Numbered from the stretch's first letter, positions 28,917 through 38,825 are shown. The stretch: 64,000 bases of DNA from Myxococcota bacterium (GCA_963674735.2 CAXXQS010000002.1:1568001-1632000); one strand, 5' to 3'. The notes: generated by a model from the letters alone, not told the origin. Numbers and translations are program-made.

Positions 28917-31142
28917 GTGAGTGAGATTGTGGACCAGACAACCATCGAAACCAGCCAGAAGCCCCTTTCCGAAGCGATGAACGTGACCGATTACACCCGC
29001 GCCATTCTGAAGCGGAAATGGCTGGGGGTGCTGATCTTCATCGGGGTGGTGTTTTTCACTTTTCTGTTCACCATCCGCCAGCCTAAAATCTACGAAGCGG
29101 TCGCCACGATCGAGATCGATCTGCAAGCCGACCGGGTGCTGTCGGATGTCAGCGAAGTCTACCAGCTCGGCGATGTTTCCTATTGGGACAGCAAATCCTA
29201 CTTCGAAACCCAGTACAAGATCATCCAGTCGCACTCCGTGGCAAAACTCGTGGTGGATCGCCTGCATCTCGACCGCGATTTGGTGTTTCTCGGGCTGGAT
29301 AAGCTGGAGGACGAGGCTGAGCTGACCGAACGTCTCGCAGCCGCCGATGCGGCCCGTATCGTGCAAGATAACCTGTTTGTGGACCCGGTATACGAAAGCC
29401 GCCTGGTGCGTATCCGTTACAGCGGGACCGATCCTCTGATGGCGGCCACCATTGCCAACGCCATTGCCAATGCCTACATCGATCAGAACCTGGACCGCAA
29501 GTTGTCGTCCACCCGCAGCGCCATCAATTGGCTGACCGAGCAGATGCAGGATCTCAAGACGCGTCTGGAAGTTTCGGAACGCGCCGTGTACGAGTTCAAG
29601 CAAGAGCACGATATTCTGTCGACCAGCATGGACGAGCGCGTCAATATCATCGGCAGCCAGTTGAATTACCTCGATGCCGAGTATACCAAGGCGCGCACGG
29701 AACTGATGCATGCCGAATCGCGTTACGACTCCATCCGTCGGGCGCTGAAACAGTCGGATGCGGAAAATGTGGCGTCTGCCGACATTCTTTCCAATCCGCT
29801 GATCAAGGAACTGAAAGTCACCTACGCCAAGTTGCAGAACGATTATTCCGAGCTGCTCGAACGCTATAAAGACAAGCACCCGAAGGTGTTGCTGGTGCAG
29901 AGCAAGCTCGAAAAAACACGGTCCAATCTGCGCCGCGAGATTCGGATTATCGCCGAATCGTTGAAGGCCGAATTCCTGAGCGCTCGCAGCGCGGTGGATC
30001 AGATTGCGGCGGAATTGGAGCGGGTGAAAGGACAGATGCGCAACCTGACGGTAAAGGAACTCGAATACAACCGTCTGATGCGGGAGAAAGAAAGCAACCA
30101 GCGCGTGTTCGAGCAGGTGTTGTTGCGTCTCAAAGAGATCGATCTTTCCGGGATGCTGAAAGTCAATAATATCCGTCTGTTGGATGAGGCCAAGACCCCC
30201 GAATTCGCGATCCGGCCGCGGGTGAAGCTGAACCTGATCATCGGGATTCTGTTCGGTTTGGTGTTGAGCCTGGCCACGGTGATCATTCTCGATCTGCTCG
30301 ATAAAACCCTGAAAAGCGCGGAAGACATTCAACGTTTCCTGAAACTGCCGCTTCTGGGCATCATTCCACAGGTCAAGCCGGAGCCCGAACTGTTGGTCGG
30401 AGGACGAATGAACGCCGCCGACATGTACTCGCACCTGCGACCCAAGTCGTCCATGGCCGAATGTATCCGCACGATTCGCACCAACATCAGCTTCATGTCG
30501 CCCGGCAAGCCCATTACCAAGATTCTGGTGACCTCGGCGTCGCCCAAGGAAGGGAAGACCACCATCGCGTCCAACTTGGGGATTTCGTTGTCGAATTCCG
30601 GGTTGCGGGTCTTGGTGCTCGATACCGACATGCGTCGCCCGCGCCTGCATAAGGCCATGGGCATGCATAACGAATACGGGCTGTCGAACGTGATCATGGG
30701 GACCATGACCATCGAGGAAGCGGTTCGCGATTCGGAGGTGGAGAATCTGTTCGTGATGACCTGCGGACCTATTCCGCCGAATCCGGCGGAGCTGATCGGA
30801 TCGGATGAATTCGCGGCGGTGGTCAGCGATCTGGCGAGCCGCTACGATCGTCTGATCTTCGATTCGCCGCCGGTGATCGCCGTCACCGATGCCATGGTGC
30901 TGACCCGCCTGGTGGATGGGGTGATTCTGGTCGTGAAGTGCGGCAAGACCCTGCGCGATGTGGCGCTCCAGGCCAAGAAGCAGCTGATGGATGTCAAGGC
31001 GCGGGTTTTGGGCTCTATCATCAACGACCTGGATCTCGATAATAAGGAATACGGCAGCTATTACTATTATTATTACCACCGCTACGGCTATTACTACGGC
31101 GAAAAGGAAGAGCAAACGAAAGCCGATTCCACCCAAGCCTGA
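28917..31142 (+). CDS. wzc: Polysaccharide co-polymerase with fused BY-kinase
   Basis: Two TMs flanking a coiled-coil periplasmic domain; Walker A SPKEGKTT, A' DTDMRRP, Walker B IFDSPP; C-terminal Tyr cluster. Confidence 0.94.
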   Translation: MSEIVDQTTIETSQKPLSEAMNVTDYTRAILKRKWLGVLIFIGVVFFTFLFTIRQPKIYEAVATIEIDLQADRVLSDVSEVYQLGDVSYWDSKSYFETQYKIIQSHSVAKLVVDRLHLDRDLVFLGLDKLEDEAELTERLAAADAARIVQDNLFVDPVYESRLVRIRYSGTDPLMAATIANAIANAYIDQNLDRKLSSTRSAINWLTEQMQDLKTRLEVSERAVYEFKQEHDILSTSMDERVNIIGSQLNYLDAEYTKARTELMHAESRYDSIRRALKQSDAENVASADILSNPLIKELKVTYAKLQNDYSELLERYKDKHPKVLLVQSKLEKTRSNLRREIRIIAESLKAEFLSARSAVDQIAAELERVKGQMRNLTVKELEYNRLMREKESNQRVFEQVLLRLKEIDLSGMLKVNNIRLLDEAKTPEFAIRPRVKLNLIIGILFGLVLSLATVIILDLLDKTLKSAEDIQRFLKLPLLGIIPQVKPEPELLVGGRMNAADMYSHLRPKSSMAECIRTIRTNISFMSPGKPITKILVTSASPKEGKTTIASNLGISLSNSGLRVLVLDTDMRRPRLHKAMGMHNEYGLSNVIMGTMTIEEAVRDSEVENLFVMTCGPIPPNPAELIGSDEFAAVVSDLASRYDRLIFDSPPVIAVTDAMVLTRLVDGVILVVKCGKTLRDVALQAKKQLMDVKARVLGSIINDLDLDNKEYGSYYYYYYHRYGYYYGEKEEQTKADSTQA

Positions 31143-31337
31143 GACACACGCTTTTCTTGAAATCCGTAGACCGTCGTGAAACACGGCATGACCGGGTCTC
31201 GGGTTCGTATCCCCATTTAGTTGCAGCGGATGCCGAATATGGGTATCGTAGAACGATCCGATCCGGATTGCCGATCTATGGCTGGTGTGCGGATGCGGGT
31301 GAGGTGTGACGGTCTGACCTGTGTTGCGGGAGAAACG

Positions 31338-32594
31338 ATGGACGAGGATCGCGATCTCAATAAACCGTTGGATGATGCCTTGGATGAGCCCAGACCCGAT
31401 TCGGAATGGGCGGCGCGTCTTTCGGCCAAGGAAACGGAGAACGCCCGGCTCAAAGCCGACTTGATTCGTTTGCGCCGTGCGGCCCAAGGCCTGCGCGAGC
31501 GCCATGCCGATGTGTTGCGGCGTCTACAGGCTGCCGAAGCGGCCGGATTGCCGGTCGCGGCGACGTCGGATGAAAGCGAATCGGAGGAGGCGCTGCGAAC
31601 GCGGGTGGACGAACTTTCGGCGCGGTTGTTGGCCAAGGGTGAAGAGGTGCAGGAACTCAGACGCCGCTTGGAAAAGACGGAACAGGGCAGCGCGGACGTC
31701 ACGCTCGATTTGCGTAAGCTGGAGGAAGACGGTCACCGCTGGCGGCAGCGTGCCGTGGATGCCGAAAACGAGATCATGGCGCGCGCCGAGGCCAGCGATG
31801 CCGAGCGCGAGCAGATGCAGGGCTTGATGGATCGGTTGCGGAAGGAACGCGAGGAGGCCCGAGCCGAACGGCGTTCTGTGGAGCAGCGTTTGGCGGAACG
31901 CGACGCGAATCTGGGTGCTTTGCCCGAACGAGTTCGCGAGCTGGAAGCGCGTCTTGCGGCCAAAGAGGCCGAGGTCGAGCGCCTGCTTGCCGAGCGAATC
32001 GCCCTGGACGAGGCTCGGACTCGGCTGGAGCGGGAACGGGCTGAGCTTTCCGAGTCGCAACGCAGCGACGGCCGCCTGGAAATCGAAGGCTTGGAACGTC
32101 GCCTGCACGAGATGGAACGCGAGCGCGATAAGTCGGCGCGGCGTATTACGTCGTTGGAGGCCGAGCAATTCGAGTCGGCCGCACGCGAGGTGGCGCTCGA
32201 TCGGCGGCGCATACAATTGGAAATCCGTGTGCGTGAATTGGAACGCGACGCGGAGGCGGTGAAGAATGCGGCCAACGATGAACGGAAAACCGAACAGCAT
32301 CCCGAAATACTGCGTTTGCGGCGTGAAATGGAAGAAAACGAGGCGCGTCTCGGTTTAACCGAAGACGAGCTCGACCGCACGCGCGTATTGTTGGAAACCG
32401 TGCAGCATCAGCTTGCCGAAGCGTTGCTTGTGCGCGCCGAGCGGGAAGGCGAGAAGGCCGGGCTCATGCATCGGCTGGCCAGCTTGGATGACGCGCTGCA
32501 GGCCCGCGAACATGAAGTGCGCCGCATGCGGATACTCTTGGACCGCAACCCGATGGAGACCGATGTCGAATCCGAAGCCCCCCAACTCGACTGA
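31338..32594 (+). CDS. Cytoplasmic long coiled-coil protein
   Basis: Start at ATG 31338 behind GGAG; about 400 aa of E/R/L/A heptads; no signal peptide or recognisable globular domain. Confidence 0.72.
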   Translation: MDEDRDLNKPLDDALDEPRPDSEWAARLSAKETENARLKADLIRLRRAAQGLRERHADVLRRLQAAEAAGLPVAATSDESESEEALRTRVDELSARLLAKGEEVQELRRRLEKTEQGSADVTLDLRKLEEDGHRWRQRAVDAENEIMARAEASDAEREQMQGLMDRLRKEREEARAERRSVEQRLAERDANLGALPERVRELEARLAAKEAEVERLLAERIALDEARTRLERERAELSESQRSDGRLEIEGLERRLHEMERERDKSARRITSLEAEQFESAAREVALDRRRIQLEIRVRELERDAEAVKNAANDERKTEQHPEILRLRREMEENEARLGLTEDELDRTRVLLETVQHQLAEALLVRAEREGEKAGLMHRLASLDDALQAREHEVRRMRILLDRNPMETDVESEAPQLD

Positions 32595-33366
32595 ACGAGA
32601 CGCGTTTTCCGGACGGACTTCGCGTCGAGGGTTTCTGACGACGTCGCTTCTGGCGTCGCTGGCTGCGTTGTGGCCCGGAAGCCTCTCGGCTTTTGGCGGA
32701 CCGACGATCTTCGAATGGCCTTCGCTGCGTTACGCGGGCCCCTGGGAACGACGTCAGGGAGCCCAGGGACGCCTGGCCTGGGAACTGATGAAGCGTACCA
32801 GTATCGAGGCCAAGCTGGAGCATGGCGCGGTGGACGCAGGTGACCCGGCGCTGTTTGACACGCCGGTTTTGTATTGGTCGGGTGACGCGGCCTTCGATCC
32901 CCTGCCGGAGGAGGTCATTGCCAACCTGCGGCGATTCTGTCTGTTTGGTGGTTTCATCTTCGTCGACGGCAACCTGGAGGCGGGCGACGGCTTCGATAAG
33001 AGCCTGCGCCGCGAGATGGCGCGCTTGTTCCCCGATCTGGCGTTTGAAACCCTGCCGCCCGAACACACCCTGTTCAAATCGTTTTACCTGCTCGACGGCC
33101 GTTGGGGACGCGTGCAGCGGCGCAGTTTCGTCGAAGGTATTACACGCGACAATCGTACCATGCTGGTCTATTCGCAAAACGATGTGGGCGGGGCCTGGAT
33201 GCGTGACAATTTCGGCAATTGGCGATTTCCGGTGATCCCCGGTGGGGAACGCCAGCGCGAAATGGCCTTTCGTTTCGGCGTCAATCTCATCATGTACGCC
33301 CTGTGCACCAATTATAAAAACGACCAGGTGCACATTCCCTTTATCCTCAAGCGCAGGCGCCGATGA
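32563..33366 (+). CDS. DUF4159-domain protein with Tat-like signal peptide
   Basis: Start ATG 32563 behind GGAG; SRRGFL twin-arginine; PVLYWSGD, GGFIFVD, REMAFRFGVNLIMYALCTNYKNDQVH. Confidence 0.82.
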   Translation: MSNPKPPNSTERDAFSGRTSRRGFLTTSLLASLAALWPGSLSAFGGPTIFEWPSLRYAGPWERRQGAQGRLAWELMKRTSIEAKLEHGAVDAGDPALFDTPVLYWSGDAAFDPLPEEVIANLRRFCLFGGFIFVDGNLEAGDGFDKSLRREMARLFPDLAFETLPPEHTLFKSFYLLDGRWGRVQRRSFVEGITRDNRTMLVYSQNDVGGAWMRDNFGNWRFPVIPGGERQREMAFRFGVNLIMYALCTNYKNDQVHIPFILKRRRR

Positions 33367-35651
33367 TCGAGTGGTGGTTCGGCAAAGAATGGGCGGGGGA
33401 GTTCAATCACTGGACGTTCGTGTGGTTGAACCGGCCTGCCATGATCGAGTGGGTGCTCGCCGTGCTCGTGGCGGTGGCGTTCGTCGTCTTGTCGTGGATG
33501 AGCATGCGGCGCTTGGCGGTGCGTCCGTTGCGCTGGACCTTGCTCGGTTTGCGAATTCTGTTTCTGCTGGGGATCGTGGCGTTGTGGTGGCAACCGGCCA
33601 TCCAGTTGCAGAAGGTGGTGTACAAAAAAAGCCACGCAGCCGTCGTGGCCGACCAATCGCGCTCCATGTCGCTCAAGGCCGGAAACGGTCGGACGCGCGC
33701 CGAGAGCCTGCGCAACTGGTTTGATGAAAACGCGAATATCGTGACGGGCTTGAAAGAGCGTCACCATCTGCGCGCGTTTCGTTTCGATGAGGTTCCCCAT
33801 GCCGTACCGGTGGCCGACCTGGCCGAAAAGGCTCCGGATCGGGGGCGTTTCACCAACCTGGCCGACGCGTTGGAAGGGGCCTTGGAGGGGGTGAATGAAG
33901 ACGAGACGGCCGGAATGTGGCTTTTTTCCGATGGGGTGGCCAATCCCAGCGAGGAGGCTGCGGATCTCGATGTCGTTTTGGAAAAGCTTAAAAGTCACGG
34001 CGTGATCGTCCATACCATCGGAGTGGGCGGCGAGGGGGCGGTGGCCGACATCGCCATTCGCGACGTGCGCTACGACGGCTTCGCGTTCGTTCACAACAAA
34101 CTGACCATCGAGGCGTCGATCAGCTCGCGCGGGATTCCCGAGCGCCCGGTGCAGGTGAGCTTGTCGCGTGAGGGACAGCCGGTGGCGACGCAACAGGCCG
34201 TTCTGCCCGCCGAGGGAACGGCGGTGGTTTCGTTCACGTTTACTCCCACGCGGGTGGGACGCTTCGTGTACTCGGTCGAAGTGCCGCCCGCGCCCGACGA
34301 CGCCATCGCAGCCAACAACCGGCGTGACTTCATCATCGATGTCATCCGCGACAAGATTCGCGTACTGCATGTTTGCGGCCATCCCGATTACGACGAGATG
34401 TTTTTGCGGCGTTACCTGAAAAACAATCCGAACGTCGATCTCATCAGTTTTTTTATTCTGCGCACCAACAGCGACCTGCAGCTGGTCTCCGAGCGCGAGC
34501 TGTCGCTGATCCCGTTTCCCACGGATGAACTGTTCGACAAACAGCTGCACACCTTCGATCTGATCGTCTTCCAGAATTTCACCTATCGCGGCTACCAGAT
34601 GCGGCAGTACCTCTCCAACATCCGCCGCTACGTGCTGGAGGGCGGGGCGTTTCTGGTGGTGGGCGGCGATTTGAGCTACAGCTTGGGCGGATACGGCGGA
34701 ACGGAAATCGAAGACATCCTGCCGTTCGATATCGTGACCGCCAGTCCCGAATTCGATGCCGCCCCGTTCACGCTTGCCCTCACCGAAGCGGGTCGCCGCC
34801 ACCCGGTGATGCAGGCCTTTGCCGATACGGACAAACCGCGCGATCTGCTGGGGCTTAACCTGGGCCTGATCCCGCGTCCCGGTTCTCTGGTTCTGGCCGA
34901 ACATCCCACGCGACGCACGGCGGCCGGAGCGGCTCCGGTGGCGGCCGTGATCGAACCCGGCAAAGGGCGCGTCTTGGCCTTGAGCGTCGATTCCACCTGG
35001 CGCTGGCATTTCGGCGACGTGGCGCAGGGCGGCGAGGGGGCGCTGTACAACGGGTTCTACGGGAACGCCTTGCGCTGGCTGATTCGCGATCCCGAATTGC
35101 GGCACCTGAGTGTTCGCAGCGACCGCGATACGCTGCCGCCGGGCGAGAAAGCGCGCCTGGATCTGCGCGTTACCGATGAGGCCTTCAAACCCAAGCCGGG
35201 AGCGCAGGTGGCGGTTCGTATCAGCCGCCGCGACGACGGCCTGCGCCTGCACGAGGAAACCCTGCGCACGGATGACGACGGGGTGGCGGTGGTCGGCTTC
35301 GATGCGCCGGAAGAGGCCGGTCCGTTAATGGTGGAGTTGGAGCAGCTTCGCTCGGACGGCACGCCGGGCGAGAAACAGACGCTGCTGCTCTTCGTGGGCG
35401 ATACCGGAAAAGAACTCGATGACGTGCAGGTGGATTTCGCGCGTTTGCGCAACATCGCCGAAACCACCGGCGGCCTTTTCACCCCGCTCGATCAACTGGG
35501 CGGTGAGTTGCCCGCTTTCGAGCGTCAGCAGGTCATGCGCGTGGGCAAGAAGCGCGACGTCCCCCTGTGGGACCACGCGGGCGTCCTGGTGCTGCTGGTC
35601 CTTCTGATTGTCGTAGAGTGGTGGTGGCGCAAGCGGCGAAGGCTGAATTAA
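33363..35651 (+). CDS. Membrane-anchored protein with vWA-like, Ig-like and GATase1-like domains
   Basis: Two N-terminal TMs; DQSRSM (MIDAS-like DxSxS) and LFSDG; VDLISFFILRT, SLIPFPTDELF, GGAFLVVGG; C-terminal TM ending EWWWRKRRRL; ATGA overlap with the DUF4159 gene. Confidence 0.75.
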   Translation: MIEWWFGKEWAGEFNHWTFVWLNRPAMIEWVLAVLVAVAFVVLSWMSMRRLAVRPLRWTLLGLRILFLLGIVALWWQPAIQLQKVVYKKSHAAVVADQSRSMSLKAGNGRTRAESLRNWFDENANIVTGLKERHHLRAFRFDEVPHAVPVADLAEKAPDRGRFTNLADALEGALEGVNEDETAGMWLFSDGVANPSEEAADLDVVLEKLKSHGVIVHTIGVGGEGAVADIAIRDVRYDGFAFVHNKLTIEASISSRGIPERPVQVSLSREGQPVATQQAVLPAEGTAVVSFTFTPTRVGRFVYSVEVPPAPDDAIAANNRRDFIIDVIRDKIRVLHVCGHPDYDEMFLRRYLKNNPNVDLISFFILRTNSDLQLVSERELSLIPFPTDELFDKQLHTFDLIVFQNFTYRGYQMRQYLSNIRRYVLEGGAFLVVGGDLSYSLGGYGGTEIEDILPFDIVTASPEFDAAPFTLALTEAGRRHPVMQAFADTDKPRDLLGLNLGLIPRPGSLVLAEHPTRRTAAGAAPVAAVIEPGKGRVLALSVDSTWRWHFGDVAQGGEGALYNGFYGNALRWLIRDPELRHLSVRSDRDTLPPGEKARLDLRVTDEAFKPKPGAQVAVRISRRDDGLRLHEETLRTDDDGVAVVGFDAPEEAGPLMVELEQLRSDGTPGEKQTLLLFVGDTGKELDDVQVDFARLRNIAETTGGLFTPLDQLGGELPAFERQQVMRVGKKRDVPLWDHAGVLVLLVLLIVVEWWWRKRRRLN

Positions 35652-35682
35652 TCTCACGCCAAGTCAAGTCTGCAAACGAAAT

Positions 35683-35710
35683 CCGCCCGCCTCGATAACG
35701 AAGCGGGCGG
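35683..35710. terminator. Hairpin between convergent genes, probable bidirectional terminator
   Basis: ccgcccgc-c-tcg-ataa-cga-a-gcgggcgg. Confidence 0.6.
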
Positions 35711-35733
35711 TGGTGTTTGTAACGAACGGCGGC

Positions 35734-36759
35734 TCAACCGGCGATGGTCATGACCGTCTTCTGGAAAGTCTCCAGCGGCGCGCCGGTGAGAATTTCGAAG
35801 ATGCGCAGATAGCGCCGGGTGGTTTCGCTCAGCACGTCCGCAGGAATGGATAGCCCGTGCACGAAGGCCAGATGCTGCGCGTCTTCGGTATCGAGCTTGT
35901 GAATACCCGTAATCGCGGCACCGTCGGCTTTAAACGGTGTTTCGACCGTCTTGCCCCACTCGCGCACCGGCTGTTTGTCGTAACCCGACGGCGATTGGCG
36001 GTCTTTGACGGCCGCCTCCCACTCGTCGCGATCCCAGAAACGCGAGCTGTCGGGCGTACCCACTTCATCGCCCAAAATGCCGCCTTCGCCGAACTCGAAT
36101 TTGGTATCGGCCAGGATGATCCCGTGTTCGGCGGCGTAGTCGGCCAGCTGGGTATAGACCTTCAGGGTTAGCGTCTCCAGCCAGTCGCCGTGCTCGGCGC
36201 GCACCGATTCGGCGCTGATGTGTTCGTCGTGCCCAACCTCCGCCTTGGTGGTGGGAGTGAACAGCGCGGTGGGCAGCTTGACGCCGTCGTGCAGGTTTTC
36301 GGGAAGCGCGTGTCCGCAGACTTCCTGCGTTTTTTTGTAGGCGCTCCAACCCGAGCCGGTGAGATAACCGCGCACCACGCATTCCACCGGGGCCATGTCG
36401 AGCTTTTTCACGACCATGGCGCGCGTTTGCAGATCGGCATCGCCGTGCAGGCTTTCGGGTAAATAGGCATCGATGCCTGACCCCTGCGCCAGCAGATGAT
36501 GCTCCACGCCTTTCAACACCTTCGTAAGCCAGAAAACGGTGAGGGCGGTGAGGACCGCGCCTTTATCGGGCACCTCGGCGGGCAACACGAAATCGAAGAT
36601 GCTCAGACGATCGGTGGCGATCAGAAACAGTTTGTCGGAATGGGCGGGCAGGCGATAGGTGTCGCGTACTTTGCCCTGGTGTACTCGCTCGATACCGGCG
36701 GCGGCGAGACGGCGGTGCAAATCGGAATCGGTGAAAAGACTCGGTAACTGGGCTCCCAT
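35734..36759 (-). CDS. purC: Phosphoribosylaminoimidazolesuccinocarboxamide (SAICAR) synthase
   Basis: GKVRDTY, TDRLSIFD, PVECVVRGYLTGSGW, FTPTTKA, ILADTKFEFG, DEVGTPDSSRFW. Confidence 0.96.
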   Translation of the reverse strand: MGAQLPSLFTDSDLHRRLAAAGIERVHQGKVRDTYRLPAHSDKLFLIATDRLSIFDFVLPAEVPDKGAVLTALTVFWLTKVLKGVEHHLLAQGSGIDAYLPESLHGDADLQTRAMVVKKLDMAPVECVVRGYLTGSGWSAYKKTQEVCGHALPENLHDGVKLPTALFTPTTKAEVGHDEHISAESVRAEHGDWLETLTLKVYTQLADYAAEHGIILADTKFEFGEGGILGDEVGTPDSSRFWDRDEWEAAVKDRQSPSGYDKQPVREWGKTVETPFKADGAAITGIHKLDTEDAQHLAFVHGLSIPADVLSETTRRYLRIFEILTGAPLETFQKTVMTIAG

Positions 36760-36827
36760 GGATCACTCCTTATGTCGTGCGATTCCCTCGATCGGCGAGG
36801 GTCTTCTGTTGGATGGGTCCGGGTATA

Positions 36828-38825
36828 CTAGAATTCCCAGCTGATGTCCAGATCCGCTTTTAAATCCCATACCGATTCCAGGTTGGGGAAATATCGGTAG
36901 ACCGACGGTTGCAGCGTTTTGCGTATGCCGAACTGGAAAGCCAGAAGTTGGATGGGACGCAGTCGCGCCAGGGCGATCAGCATGGTGTTGTCCGATGTGG
37001 GATCGAACACATTCTTGGCCGAGTTGACGTTCACCTTGTAGTAGGTGGCCGCGATCTGGAAATATTTGGTGGCCGGAACCTCGACGTGGAACAGGAAGTT
37101 GCCGTTGTCGGAGCCGGAGGCTTCGTCGAAGGCGATGGTCAGGCCGACGTAGTCGAGCAGGGCGTAACTGAATTCCAGATAAGCCCCGAAATGTTTCCAG
37201 TCGCCGGGACGATTGGAAAATTCGGTGTACTTGGTTTTGATGTCGGTGGCCGTGGCCGTTTTGCTCGTGGCCGGGCGGCTTTGTGAGAACCACTTGTATT
37301 TCATGATCTCATAGAAGGGATCGAAGTAGCTGGGGGTGTAGTTGTCCTGATAGCCGCGAAACTCGACGCGGGCGCGGAAGGCCTGGCGGATTTCGGTGTA
37401 GAGGTTGAACCGCCCCAATGCTCCCAGGGCGAAGCCGCTGCCGTTGCCGACCCAGTTGGTGAAGTCGAAGTAGGTTTTGACATCCACCTCGGGCCGATTG
37501 ACGGGCCATTTCACGACCTTGAGTTCGACGTCGGCTCCCACGAAATGGGCTGCCGCGGAATCGTAGATGTAGCTGCCGTCGTCGTTGGCGCGATTGGCCA
37601 GGACCGATTCCGGCGCGTCCCAGTCGGTGGTGTAGTGCACGCCGAAGGAGAGGCTTTCGGCCATCCAATTGTCGGAGAAAAAGGAACCGGGCTTGAGGAA
37701 CAGCAGCCCGCCGATCAGGTTATAGCGTGTGATATCGCCGATGTACAATTCGCCGCCGCCGTAGCGCGAGTAGGCGTCCACTTCGGCCGAAACGCGCGTG
37801 GTGAAGTAGTCGAGATTGGGGATGTAGCGTTTCATCACCAAGCCGTGGCCCACGGAGGCCGAATAGGTGCGATTGATGTTGACGTACAGGTTGTCTTCCT
37901 TGCGGCCATACTGGATATAGCGGATAAGCTGGAAGTAATCGCGCCAGGAATCCCAGTCTTCCTTACGCGGAATTCCGGCATTGTCCCATTTGTCGATGTT
38001 TTCGTCGTTGTTGCGATCTTCACCGGCGAAAATCTCCAGGTTGAGCGGAATGCCGAAACCCAGGCGCAAATTGGATTCCTTGGTGACATCATCGGGGAAG
38101 AAGCGGAGATCCACCTGGGGTTCCACGTGGACATAATGGGTGAAGGCCAGCCGCCGGTAGCCGGTGACCACGCCCACCCGGTTGTCGCGCGGGATGATTT
38201 CCAGCGGACCGATGGTGGTGAGGTTTCCCTTGTAGAAACGTTCTTCCTTCGCTTTGCGTTGCTCGGCGGTTTCATAACCGGGCCGGGGGATGTCGGGTAC
38301 GACGATGGGCTTGGGTTTGGGGCGCATCTGCTTGAGCAGGCGGGCCATGCCGCTTTCGAGGGCGGCGGCCAGCGGTTGCCCCTTTTCGAGAGACTGGCGG
38401 TCGTCGGCGACCTTGCGTTTTTCGCGGGTATGGATCAGCGTCAGGTTGATTTTTGTGTTGCCGTTTACCCGGATGATGCTGCCCGATACCACGTAGCGGA
38501 CGCCCATCTTCGCGCCCGCGCGGGCGGTGCACTCGACCGAAACACATTGGGTGTAGTCGGCGCCTTCGGCTGATTTCAAGAACTTATCGGTTTCGGCCAT
38601 CGAAACGCCGCGATGTCCGGCGGTATTGATGGCGGCGATCATGTCGTTTTCGACGGCGTAATCTTTGCTTTCGCCGTTCAGACCGGTGGTGGTGACATGC
38701 AGAACAGCCACCAATTCTTTTTTCGGGGGAACGGCCTCTTCATTTTCGGCGGCGCAGAGCAGGGACGCCCAGGCGAAAACGGCGACGACAAGCATCCACA
38801 CAAAACGGCGTGAACGACGCGGCAT
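36828..38825 (-). CDS. Putative outer-membrane protein: CsgG/TolB-N-like domain, Pro linker and beta-barrel
   Basis: Signal peptide; alpha/beta domain with C-x4-C and YVVSGSI; KPKPIVVPDIPRP linker; aromatic amphipathic strands; C-terminal ISWEF. Confidence 0.65.
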   Translation of the reverse strand: MPRRSRRFVWMLVVAVFAWASLLCAAENEEAVPPKKELVAVLHVTTTGLNGESKDYAVENDMIAAINTAGHRGVSMAETDKFLKSAEGADYTQCVSVECTARAGAKMGVRYVVSGSIIRVNGNTKINLTLIHTREKRKVADDRQSLEKGQPLAAALESGMARLLKQMRPKPKPIVVPDIPRPGYETAEQRKAKEERFYKGNLTTIGPLEIIPRDNRVGVVTGYRRLAFTHYVHVEPQVDLRFFPDDVTKESNLRLGFGIPLNLEIFAGEDRNNDENIDKWDNAGIPRKEDWDSWRDYFQLIRYIQYGRKEDNLYVNINRTYSASVGHGLVMKRYIPNLDYFTTRVSAEVDAYSRYGGGELYIGDITRYNLIGGLLFLKPGSFFSDNWMAESLSFGVHYTTDWDAPESVLANRANDDGSYIYDSAAAHFVGADVELKVVKWPVNRPEVDVKTYFDFTNWVGNGSGFALGALGRFNLYTEIRQAFRARVEFRGYQDNYTPSYFDPFYEIMKYKWFSQSRPATSKTATATDIKTKYTEFSNRPGDWKHFGAYLEFSYALLDYVGLTIAFDEASGSDNGNFLFHVEVPATKYFQIAATYYKVNVNSAKNVFDPTSDNTMLIALARLRPIQLLAFQFGIRKTLQPSVYRYFPNLESVWDLKADLDISWEF

